Of a stretch of 64,000 nt of DNA, positions 37,712 through 48,800 are shown piece by piece. Within the stretch, counting starts at the first letter, position 1. Each line of letters starts with the position of its first letter. The notes under the pieces are model-generated. The model did not search any database, was not told the origin of the DNA, and worked only from the letters and a program-made list of their open reading frames with translations. Position numbers and translations under genes: made by a program. Where the stretch lies: the NCBI GenBank assembly GCA_951406725.2, contig OX597820.1, forward strand, positions 13,454,001-13,518,000, read 5' to 3'. The DNA comes from Octopus vulgaris. Taxonomy: Eukaryota.

Positions 37712-40700
37712 TTAAGCTGGGTTTCTAACACCCACCTTTCTTTCCACTTCCTTCCATCTTTTCTCATACACGCCCCGTGGTAAGCTCCTCTTCTCCAGCC
37801 CCATTTGCTCTTCAGATGATATCTGAAGTAAGTGAGCAAGCCGGGGCCGGAGACAAAGGTTCCTATCGCGGCTCCTTCCATTCTCGTTCTCCACATGCAT
37901 TCTTTTACTACTGCAACCGTACAGTGAAAACATGCCTCACCTTCCTTCGAGAGTCCAGTTGGCGGTATCATCTTAATCATAGTCTCAGCCGACAGCTGTA
38001 CTCGTCCTAGATGCGATAACACGTGTTCTGCGTAACTTATCAAGTCTGACAACTTCCGACAGTGTACAAAGGCGTGCTGAACGGTTTCATCGTCCAACTC
38101 GCACCTTGGACACGTCGGTGGCACTGGAATTCCGTGCCGCGATAACTTCTCGCGAACAGGTAGAGCGTTCCTATAACACTGCCAGGCCAGGGATCTTTGG
38201 AAATTATCCAAGTACCCCGTCCTGAAAGTCTTTTTAAACAGGTTGGTAAGCTGGTCTTCATCAAACCCCAGAGCCCCTCCTAGGACGTCGTCGTTTTTTT
38301 CCTCTACCAGCTTTCTATAAAATACCGAGGTGGTATTTCCGCAGCCGGCCTTGCCCGCCTTGTGGATCAGCGTGAGTGCCTGTCGGCACTCCCTTTGCCA
38401 CAAAGTCAGTTTCCATCTTTTGATGCGACCGGGTTTAAAATCCGTTAAGGAGGCCAGTCTCGGAAAAAAATTCCCTGCCAGCGGACTCCACACCTTATCA
38501 CCCTCCAGGTGGTGCCAGAGATGCTTCAGCCTCAACGCATGTCTGCGCATCATCAGCCAAGGCATTCCTAACCCACCCTTTAACGGTTCCTGGCAGCAAA
38601 CTGAGCGCCTCACAAGTGGCTTTCCTCCCTTCCACAAAAAGCGGAAGAGGATTCGCTCCAACTTGTTAAGCCATGAACCGGGGCAAGGGACAACGGTCAG
38701 GCGGTAAGTGATTACAGATGCAATGAACATCTGCACCACCTCCGCCTTTCCTTTCAAGGACAGAGACCTTCCGGACCAGGTCCGTACTATGGCCTCCACC
38801 TTGCTCGCCACCTCACTCCAGTTCCTCTCCGTTTGGGAGTCTGGCCCAAACCAGACTCCTAGCAACTTAACAGGGCCATCCGTCCAGTGTCCCACGACGC
38901 TGGACGATATCGACTTGTTCCTCCAGGTGCCGAGGCGCAAGCCAACCGACTTGTCCTTGTTAACCTTTGCTCCTGCCACCGCCTCGTATCCTCTGATAGC
39001 CTCTTCCACACAAGGTAGCTGGGCCTCATTGGACACGATGAGGGTGACGTCATCCGCGTAAGCAGTAACCGACCTCCCACCTCCGATCTCATCCGAGTTG
39101 CTTCCCAGCCTCTCCAACTTTCGCAGCAATGGCTCAAGAGCCAACACGTACAAAAGTGGTGACAAGGGGCACCCTTGACGAACTGAACATTCAATCGAAA
39201 ACGGTTCCGTTAGGTAACCGTTTATCTGGACGGTGGACTTGATGCCGCTATACATAGCGGAGATCCACCCGCGAAATTCAGGGCCCAGTCCAGCCGCTTC
39301 GAGGACCGTCGCCAGGTACTCATGGTCTACCCTATCGAAGGCTTTACTTTGGTCTAAATGGACCATTACCCCTCCCTTGCCGGTTAATTTACCCACCCTG
39401 TCTAAGGTGTAGCGTATAAGGTGAAGATTGTCCTGGATCGACCTGCCTGGAATTGCACATGTCTGTGCTCTCCCTACAAGTTTCTCCACGACAACCGTCA
39501 ACCTTTTTGCCAACACCTTGGCCAAAATCTTTAACTCTACATTAAGTAGAGTTATGGGCCTGTAGTTACTAATGTTGTCCCCCTTGCTCGGGTCTTTCTG
39601 GATTAGCGTCACCACTCCCCGGCTTACAGAGCTGGGAATTCTCCCATTCTGCTGCCAGCTCGTGTAGACGCCTGCCAAAATTCCCCCGAACAAGTCCGGC
39701 ATACTTTGGTAAAACTCGTAGGGCAGACCATCCAACCCCGGCGACTTCTCCCCGGCGCATCCGGGCAGTATCCCCTCTATCTCCGCGGGAGTGATCGCTC
39801 CTTCACAGCACTCCACCTCACGCCCCGAGAGCCGCGGTCCGCCGGCCAGGAAGTCCTTTAAGGTCCTTCCCCGCTCCGGCGCCACACCACCCCCGAACAC
39901 GCGGGCGAAATGCTGGTGAAGAAACTTTTGCATCTCCTCCTGTCCATAGATCTTTTGTCCCTGTTCGTCAGTTAAAGATTTGATTGAGGCTCTGTTGCCT
40001 CTCTGACTCTCCACACGACGGGCCCATCCGGCCACGTTAATACCTTCTCGTTTCCCAGCGCGTAGCTTAGCTCTGACTCTGCAACCTTCGTGTTTGGAGT
40101 TAAGGTGACGGTACAATACCGTCCTTGCCGCCAACACTCCGGATGCAGAGCCAGCTTCCATTGCCTCGTCTAGATTCTTAACTAAATCGCCCTCTAGACT
40201 AGCCCTATCTATCCTTAGCTGATTGCTAAATCTAACGGACTCTGAACGAATGGCTCTTTTGAGGGAGTGCCACCATCTATTGTTAATGATGGCGCCACAC
40301 AATGCCCCTCTGTACTAATACCTTAATCCGGGTACGGAAGTCTTCACAATTCAAAATAGCCTTGTTCAGCTTCCAGTACCCGGGTCCCTGTCTATGACAC
40401 TTGTCCAACTGCATCTCACACGTCACAAATTTGTGATCCGTGTAAGGCACAATGTGGAACTGTGGACAACTAAACGTGTCCTTATCTCTTTTTTTAATAA
40501 ATATCCTATCTAAATACGATCTGCGTGAGCCGTCGTTGTTACTCCACGTCCACTGTGGAACGCTCGGCTCATCCAGTCGGTAACGGTCTACTAGATCAAA
40601 GCTCTCTAGTAGACCCTTGAGGCTAGGGTTCCCCTTCCTATTGGTTGAGCCAACACTGTCGACCCGCGCTTCAAGGACAGTGTTAAAGTCCCCTACTAGG

Positions 40701-41100
40701 ATTACCGTTTTCGACGTCGCTAAAAAGGGCTCCAGGTTCCGAAAAAACCCGCCTGTCTACTCTCGTTCGGAGCGTAGACAGCTACCAACCTGAAGGACTG
40801 TTTACTTACGTGTGTCACATCCAGAACAACCAGCCTGCCTTCTGGGTCCAGAAAGACAGTACTTACCTGCAAGTCCAAGCTCTTCCTGATAAGGACTGCC
40901 ACGCCTCTGCCTCTTCCTCGGCTAGGAGAAATAAATTTCTCGAAGCCATTTAGAAGAGGCGAGAACGCTTGGGCCCCGTTCATCTTGGACTCGGTTGCAA
41001 TAGCTATGTCAACATTATGTGTTGTGAGGTCGTGCAGGAAGCAAATTTGCTTCCATTTCGACCCCATTCCACGTACATTTATACAACCCAACTTAGCCAT
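37712..41100 (-). pseudogene. Tx1-B ORF2 (EN + RT + CCHC), several frameshifts
   Basis: GCINVRG, IATESK, YRPITLLN, LDQSKAFDRV, VRQGCPLSPLL, YADD, CPRC..ETVQHAFVHC. Confidence 0.9.
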
Positions 41101-41128
41101 TGTAGGTGAGAGAGAAAAATAAATGTAC

Positions 41129-42562
41129 TCACGGTTGGGAAAGGGAGCATGACAGTTTAAGTCTGCCTGCTTCCCCTTCTTCCTCCCTTGTAGTTGCTGC
41201 TGCAGGGCTCTTGACCGGCGTTGCCACCGGGCTCTGGGTGGGTGTGGTTGCCGGGGTTATTACAAGTTTGCCCTCCATTACTTCTTTAGTCACGTCTCTG
41301 ATCAGTCGGTTCCTTCAAATGCTCTTGAAGAACTTCCTCCTTCCACTCGTCCTCCCCTACTTTCGCGAAGCGAGCGGTTGCTTTTACATCTGTAGCCCTA
41401 CTATACAACACAAATCTTGAGAATTTACAACACTTATAAACTCTTTCGTTTTTCTCATCGAAAGCAATTATCTTATTTTTTTTAACAACTTTTTTACGTC
41501 TTGTTTTATGGGGAGGGGCTTGGCAAACTGTTTCCCAATGAAAACAGTGCCATGGGGGTAGGGCTGGGGGATTTGCTTGGTGTGTGTGTCTGCTGTGCTT
41601 GCTGTTTTTTTCTTTGTTTGGGGAGGGGAGTCCTGGGTATTATCCTTTTTTCTTTTATGTGTGACTTGAGTGTAGTCCATCTGTTCGGTGCAGTCTGTTT
41701 TGGTTTCAATACTTGTCTTCGTCTTGTTATCTTTTCCTGTCTTCTCCCCTTCAGTGTTGGGAACACTTTGAGGAGGCGCTTCATCTGTTTTTTTTTTCTT
41801 TTTTATACAGTTCGATCGGACGTGACCCTTCTCTCCACACTTAAAACATCTGGGTCTACGTCCCTCTACTGAAACTCTCATTGATGTACCGTCTTCATTG
41901 AAAATTCTATCGGGCAGGTTTTCTAAAATTTTGTTTTCCGCCTGCACGAGGAGTTCCAGGGTCTGTCCCTTCCATCGTACCACCTCTTTCTTTCTCATCT
42001 GCAGTATCGAGATTTCCCTTTCAATATTGTGCAGGACCGCTGCTGCTACCCACATAATGTCGTACCCTCTGGGTATGTCCTCAACCAGCAGTTTTGCTGT
42101 ACGTTTCCCCATGTACGAGGGTAGCAGCATGATGTCGTCGTTTTTCAGTGTCAATGACGACACCTCTCTCGCTACCTCGGCTGTGTCAAAATGTGCCTCA
42201 ACCGTAGCACTACGCGCACCTCGGACAACATGACGAATTTTGTCCCACACCGGGGACAGGCAATTTTCGACCATTTCATTCCTTACGTCCATTATTTTCT
42301 TCTCTTTGAAGCTGTATACTTTATAAATGACTGTTTTCTCCTTAATCTCTTGTACCTTTGCCTGCGGCGGTACAAGCCTGATTTCGCCTCCTTCCACCTT
42401 CACCAGGTTCCTGAATTCGAACAATTGTTCGATTTTGAACTCCACATCCATCATGGCACCGCCCACCGCGGCCGAAAATGACTGTTTGGGTACTTCTGTT
42501 TCCTTTGTTTCACTTTTTCCCATCACGGGAAAATCATCCTTCGACGTCAAGTCGAATTCCAT
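41129..42562 (-). pseudogene. Tx1-B ORF1 (frameshifted near 41480)
   Basis: MEFDLTSK...VEGRRPRCFKCGEKGHVRSNC. The homolog 53178-54596 is open. Confidence 0.82.
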
Positions 42563-44282
42563 TTCAAAAAATTACCTCGAAGGTAATAACAATACAGGTA
42601 ATACAATACAAAATTTTCTGCCCCGTAGGGCGAAAATTACCGTTATACAACGGGCACTGTTCAAAACAATCAGCACAAACAACAACAACAATAGCACAAA
42701 TACGAACTCTCTTAGAGAAAGGCAGCTAATTCCGCAGAACGCAGATGAAAAATAACTAGAGAATAGAAAAGAGGTTTTTCGATAGTGCCTCCTTTATGGA
42801 AGAGGACTACATAAAATTTGTCCGGCATTACAATCGCCGGATGACACCTGGGAGACGCCCTCTGGGTGTTACAGTCCGCTGGCGGCGTCTCGTTCCTCTT
42901 TTTCTTTTTGCGCCGGGCCTCGGGAGGTTGAGGCTCCGGTGCCATACGCACCGGGTCCTCCTTTTCTTCCGCAGCCTCCGGTTCCTTTTGTGGGTCGCCA
43001 TTGCTTCCCACTCTTCTTTTTCTTTTGGCGGAGGGCTTTTCCCCCTCCTCGCTTTGTTTCTCTCCCTCCATTGGTGAGGCAGGGAGAGGCTCTAATATTA
43101 ACTTCTCCAGGATCCTACTCTGGTTCCTGGAGCAGTTTTTCTTAATATGGCCGGTCTCCGAGCACAGGTGACACTTGGGGGCGCGTCCCTCTAGCATCAC
43201 CGGATACTTGGAACCGGCCATCTTTAGGAAGTCCGGCAAAACAAGACTCTTGGCCGACTGGGTCCACAGAGTTAAAGTAGCCTTTCCTCCTTCCCAGTTA
43301 GCCGCAGGCTGCATTCTTACGTTTAGGATCTTGGCGCTACCACCACTCAGACCCCGGCGGATGGAATCTTCCACCCACTCGGGCTCAAAGCCGGGCGGCA
43401 GGCCGCAGACCCATAAACGTATCAATTTTTCCCCCTTATAGCTTGGGAGAAACAGAATCTCTTCGCCCTCAATGGGCTTACTTGCGAAATCGCAAGCTGC
43501 TTTAGGAGAGTCAAACAGCAACCAAATCGTTGCGTATTTGGCTCCCCGTTGAATGTGTTTAACGGCTGGCATATAGTCTGCCAGCTCGTTCATAATTGTG
43601 TCTTTCGGAAAGACCATTATGGTGTCGAGAGACTTCGAATGTCCTCAGCACCACTGTCTTTTCCTCAAGTTCGTTCAAATATTTTTTGGGAGGTGTTAAT
43701 TCCCACACTGTGAAATTCCTTGCCATAACTTAAGAAAAACAGTTCAAACTGTTACAAAATAAATTAGACACAGAAAGGAGAATGAAAAAGGCAACAGAAG
43801 GGAAGAAATAAAATTAAAATGGCAGTTCAAAGAAAGTTTTTTACAAATGAATGATAGGTAGAGAAAGAGAGTTCAAATTCAACAAAGGAATTTTTTCACT
43901 TTTTCGGCCAAAAATTGTACTCCAGGCCAAGTATATGGTTGGTACAACACCTTGGTAAATGATCCTTGGTAAATCCGTAGATAACACAACGATAATTTCA
44001 AAAATATTTTTTGTAGACGGACTACGCCGCCTCAAAAACACAATTTTCTTCACACCCGACAACAGGCAGAAAAATTATATCCGGAGCAAAATGGAGCCTT
44101 ATCTGCTAAAAATATTTAATGCTAAAATACATTAATGCAAGTAATAAAGCTTCACTTCGCTCGCAAAAATACAAAACTCCTACCTGCAGTCGAGTCGAAA
44201 GTTCAACAATTCACGTTGAAACAACGTGGCAACCGGAGCAGCAAAAAAACACGTCTAACTCAGACGAAGGTAAGAAGCTACT

Positions 44283-44303
44283 TAGCACACAGCCACTCCT
44301 GCG

Positions 44304-44305
<2 letters not shown>
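44283..44305 (-). mobile_element. 5' head of a tRNA-derived SINE (Pol III A-box region), interrupted by the retrotransposon array
   Basis: Minus strand reads GGCGCAGGAGTGGCTGTGTGCTA directly followed by AGTAGCTTCTTACC. TGGCTGTGTG is A-box-like. From memory it matches the start of an abundant octopus SINE (GGCGCAGGAGTGGCTGTGTGGTAAGTAGCTTGCTTACCAACC...); not database-verified. Confidence 0.75.
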
Positions 44306-44360
<55 letters not shown>

Positions 44361-44460
44361 CATTAAAGACCCGTCGTTGCCGGGTCATAGTGCTAGTGCA
44401 TGTATATATGTGTACATATTACATGTACATCTATATATATATATATATATATCTACACAT
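44306..44460. repeat. (TA)n microsatellite and AT-rich flank upstream of the SINE head
   Basis: Perfect TA run at about 44306-44359 and a second run at about 44433-44452. Confidence 0.95.
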
Positions 44461-44496
44461 AAAATGCAAAATACAAAGTTATATCTTGATATCTGA

Positions 44497-45866
44497 TTCT
44501 TTATTACCCACGAGGGGCGACGCAGATGGGACATTACAAAACATTGGGGACATAGAACATAATAATTAAATTTATGAAGAATGAATTTTTAAATGAAAAA
44601 ATGATATGAAAGTGATGCTTGTGAATTTTCTTCTTCTATTGTCTCCTTCTCCTCTGGTTTCTGCTCTTTTTCCGCCTCTCTTTGTGGCTCGGCATCCATT
44701 TCTTTCTCTGGGGGAGGGCGGTTAGCTCTTATGTGGCCCCTCAGGCCACACTTGTAACAACGTGGAGCTCTGCCCTCCACCCACACTCTCATGATTACGT
44801 CTCCCAATCTGATGTTTTCTGCTAGGTCCACCAGTACATCATCCTCTGCCTGCACATTTAGTTCCAGTGTCACGCCTCTCCAGCCCTCGGTCTTAACCGA
44901 GGCATGGAGGATGTCCACTTCATCCTCGTGGCCGCTGATTATAGCCGCCACAATCCACTCGGCTTCGACGTTTGGGGGTATTCCCTCGACCCCTATTCTG
45001 GTAATTTTTCTATTTAAATATGTGGGCAAAAGGAATACCCTCTCGGATTTCACCGCCTTCGCCGCCATCTTCCTTGCTGTATTCTCACTTTTGAACTGTA
45101 CTACCACAGTACCATACTTTGAACCTCTAGTCAGAAAATTATTTTCCTCTTCCGTTCTTCTTAGCGCCTCCTCTATCCACTCCATATTCACCACTTCTAT
45201 CTTTCTCTTTCCGCTTGCGTATACCCTGTATGTGATGGTCCTTTTCTCGTACCATTCTTTTCTGCTTGGTGGCGGTGCCAGTTCCACGTCACCGCTGTCC
45301 TTAATATACTTCTGGAAACATGGCAGCTTGGCCAAGTTCACCCCTCTCTCCTCCGCCTTCTTAGTCACTCCGGCATAGGTATAACCCAGTTTCTGGTCCA
45401 TTTTCCTCACTGCTTCTTCTAGTTCCTCCTCAGACAGTTCAATATCCCACGTGTGGTAGTCCAAGTGTGAAAATTGGTACTCTAATGAGTCAAACATATT
45501 TCTGAGGAGAGGCTACGCCTTCCTCAAAAAAACACAATTTCTCACTAAAGGGTGAGACTTTTAAATACGCCAACAGGTAGAAAAATATATTCGAAGTAAA
45601 GTGAAGCATATTACAAGTCTGATAGAGACTCAAAAACTCTAGCCGTCTCTCCCAACAGGGACTGGTCGTCCATATCCTTTTGTCTGACAGACCAAAAACG
45701 GCCCCCCGAACAGAAACAGTGTAACGCGAAACCGTATCAACAAACGTACAAAATTCCACAACAATTTTCCCACTTTTTGTTCTTTTTAACACAATTTCAC
45801 GAGCGTTCAAAAACACAACCGATGTCAACGTTATAATACTCAAAATATATAACAGACTGGAATTAA
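44497..45866 (-). mobile_element. ORF1-only element, family E, with a captured fragment of the unit 13/15-type 5' UTR
   Basis: ORF 44589-45497 (VWVEGRAPRCYKCGLRGHIRA) is homologous to 10243-11352. 45435-45615 matches 24071-24250. 3' end is GCCCCTCGTGGGTAATAAAG. Confidence 0.75.
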
Positions 45867-48800
45867 TTTTTTATTACCCACAAGGGGCGAACATAGAGGG
45901 GACAAAACAATCTGATGTGGGGTCAGATTTACGAATGAAATTACGCAAAATGATGAGATTTAAAAATTTACATAAATTAAAAAGAAATCGAATGGTAGAA
46001 CAGACCGGAAGACATTACGGATGGAGTGGGTGCGGGTTTAGCTCGGACCCCACGAGCCCCGCCTCCCCACTAATACTTTTGGTTGCGCTTGTTATTACAT
46101 TTGTGGTATCTTTCACTCGCAACTTTCGTGCTACATCCTTCCATCGATCTTCATAGACTTTCTTAGTCAGGCATTTTCTCTCCAGCCCTATTTTCCTTTT
46201 CAGGTGGAAGATGAAGTAATTCATCAGTCCAGGGCCGGAGATGAGATTGTCTGACTGTAAACTTTTCAGCCAAGTCTTCCAAATCACCTCTCTCGCAATT
46301 GCAACTACAACGAGAAAACAATTCTTACCTTCTTTCGCGAGGAAATCCGGTGGGTCAATTTTTATAATAGACTCAGTCGACAGCTGTACCCTTCGTGTGC
46401 TTGACAACAGCTGTTCGGCATAAACCCACACCTCAGACACGACCGAACATTGAACAATAGCATGCGGGACGGTTTCCCTATCTCGCATCTTGGACATGTC
46501 GGACTGTCTTGGCCACCATGCCTTGCGAGTTTGTCCCAAACAGGTAAAGCTCCTCTGTAACACTGCCATGCCAGAGATCTCTGAAAGTTGTCCAGGGTCT
46601 TCGGCCCGAATGTACGTTGGAACAGACTAGCCAGCTGATTATCGTCGAGACCTAGGGTTTCCCCCAAGGTATCTTCACATTCCGCCTCTACCAACCCTCT
46701 ATAGAAGAATTTGGTGGAACCCCCACCGCAGGCGTTGCCCGAGCGACGGAATAGCAGGAGAGCCTTGCGACACTCCATGTACCATGTTCCCAGTTTCGAT
46801 CTTCGATTGAGCCAGGTTTCCCATCCACCGAAACTAGTGAACTTGGGAAACATCAGTTTTGCCAGCGGAGACCACACCCATTCACCATCCAGGTAGAGCC
46901 ACAGATGTCTTAACCTCAGCGCATGTCTGCGCATCAACAGCCAAGGCATCCCTAGCCCACCCTTTAACGGTTGTTGACAGCAAGTAGAGCGTTTCATAAG
47001 CGGTTTCCCGCCCTTCCACAAGAAGCGGAAGAGCTGTCTTTCCAGCTTGATCAACCACGAATCAGGGCAAGGAACGACGGAAAGGCGGTAGGTGATAACC
47101 GATGCGATGAACACATTGCTACCTCCGCCCTTCCTTTCACGGATAGACACCGCCAAGACCAGGTCTTGACTACTGCAGCCACCCTGCTCGATACCTCGCC
47201 CCAGTTCTTCTCTGTTTGGAGGTCTGATCCGAACCAAACCCCTAGCAACTTAATCGGACCCTGCATCCAACGTCCCACGACGCTGTCAGGAGGCATCGAC
47301 TTGCCTCTCCAGGTGCCGAGTTGCAAGCCGACTGACTTTTCACGATTAACTTTTGCTCCTGTCACAGTCTCGTAAACCTCTATGGCCTTGCCTACCCTCT
47401 GTAGGTGATCCATTTCGGTTAATATGGTGATGTCATCCGCGTACGCTGACACCGATTTTGCACTACTTGACTGTCTCGGGATGCCGCTCAGTTTTCGCAG
47501 TAATGGCTCGAGAGCCACCACGTAAAGAAGCGGGGAGAATGAACACCCTTGACGAACCGAGCGCTTGATGTTGAATGGCTTCGACAAGAAGCCGTTCACC
47601 CGAACTACCGAGTCGATGTTATCATAAATCTGAATAATTCACCTGGGGTAGCCAGGGCCCAGGCCGAACTATACCAGAACGGACACCAGGTAGCGATGGT
47701 CGACCCTGTCGAAAGCTTTTGATTGGTCTAAATGGACCAGTGCCCTACCCTTGCCAGAGTCACTATTAAACCTCTCTAGAGTGTACCGCATAAGATGGAG
47801 GTTATCCTGAATGGTTCTGCCGGGAACGGCACATGTCTGTGCCTCCCCGATCAGACCATCCGCGACACGCGCCAATCTTTTCGATAACACTTTGGCCAAA
47901 ATCTTCAACTCTGTGTTTAGCAGAGTGATGGGCCTGAAATTATCAATGCACTCCCCCTTGCTCGGGTCCTTTCTGATAAGTGTCACTATTCCACGGCGCA
48001 CAGATCTGGGAATGTACCCGTTCTGCTGCCAGTTCGCATAGACCTCTGCCAGTAGGTGCCCGAATAAGTCTGGCATACTCTTATATAACTTATAGGGTAG
48101 ATTATCCAAACCCGGTGCCTTGCCCGCGCTGCAGTCCGCCATCGCCTCAGGCGTGATTGGCCCTTCACAGCCCTCCACATCTCGCCCCGATAGGTGCGGC
48201 AGCCCGTCGAGGTCTGTAAAGTCCCTCCTTCTATCCAGTCCGCCGCCCCCACTGAAAAGCTGAGCGAAGTGCTCCTGAAAGGCCTCACACATCTCCTCGG
48301 GTTCGTCTATCAACTTACCCTGTTGGTTCGTCACAGATCGAATTGTGGCATCATTACCACGTTGGGCTTCCTCCACTCGGGCCCATCTCACGGCGTTGAT
48401 TCCCTCACAACCCACTGCGCGGATCCTAGCCCTGACAATGCAGCCCATATGTTTGGCCACGAGGTGCTGGTTTAACACCAGTCTCTTGGCCGTCACCTGA
48501 TCCGCAGAGCCAGTTCTCATGGCTTCCTCTAATTCCTTAACTAGAGTTGATTCCCTCCTAGCCTCTCTAGCCACTAATCCTATGCTATATCTAATAGACT
48601 CGAATTTGATGGCTCGCTTGAGGGCATACCACCATTTGTTATTAATGATGGCACCAGATAGCGCCCTCTGAATCATAGTCCTAATCCGGTCTCTGCACTC
48701 CTTAATCGCCAAAAGGGACGTATTATGTTTCCAATAACCGGAGCCTCTATTAACCTTATCTATGTCAAGCTTACAGGTGACCATTTTATGATCACTGTAG

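Larger units (their letters stand above)
37474..42775 (-). mobile_element. Autonomous Tx1-group LINE (Tx1-B copy 1) with a target-site duplication of about 12 bp
   Basis: ORF1+ORF2, flanked by TTTTCTATAGTG (37462-37473) and TTTTCGATAGTG (42776-42787). Confidence 0.9.
2168..44282 (-). repeat. Dispersed 14-16 bp junction/target motif AGTAGCTYGCTWACC, 18 copies separating array units
   Basis: Plus-strand ...AGCTACT ends at 2183, 2211, 4364, 5068, 6469, 8558, 12924, 14692, 16329, 18369, 19842, 21964, 24440, 30129, 32561, 34786, 36935 and 44282. It is nearly always abutted by TTTATT, the AATAAA 3' end of the next unit. Confidence 0.92.
36936..44282 (-). mobile_element. Unit 18: family A ORF1-only element split by a nested Tx1-B insertion
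   Basis: The 5' part 42776-44282 (ATG 43726, ORF 42712-43617) and the 3' part 36936-37473 rejoin into a unit-16-like ORF (...FHKGGTIE|NEIRKRRK...). Confidence 0.88.

Noticed and set aside
2168-44282. CRISPR array (short repeat separating variable inserts)
   Set aside because: The inserts are kilobase retroelements, the repeat is only about 15 bp, there are no cas genes and the context is eukaryotic. The resemblance is only an analogy.
44269-44305. Bona fide tRNA, U2 snRNA or 5S rRNA gene as the target
   Set aside because: Only a 37-nt head is present, with no cloverleaf or B box in the window, and it does not match the U2 or 5S sequences as I know them.
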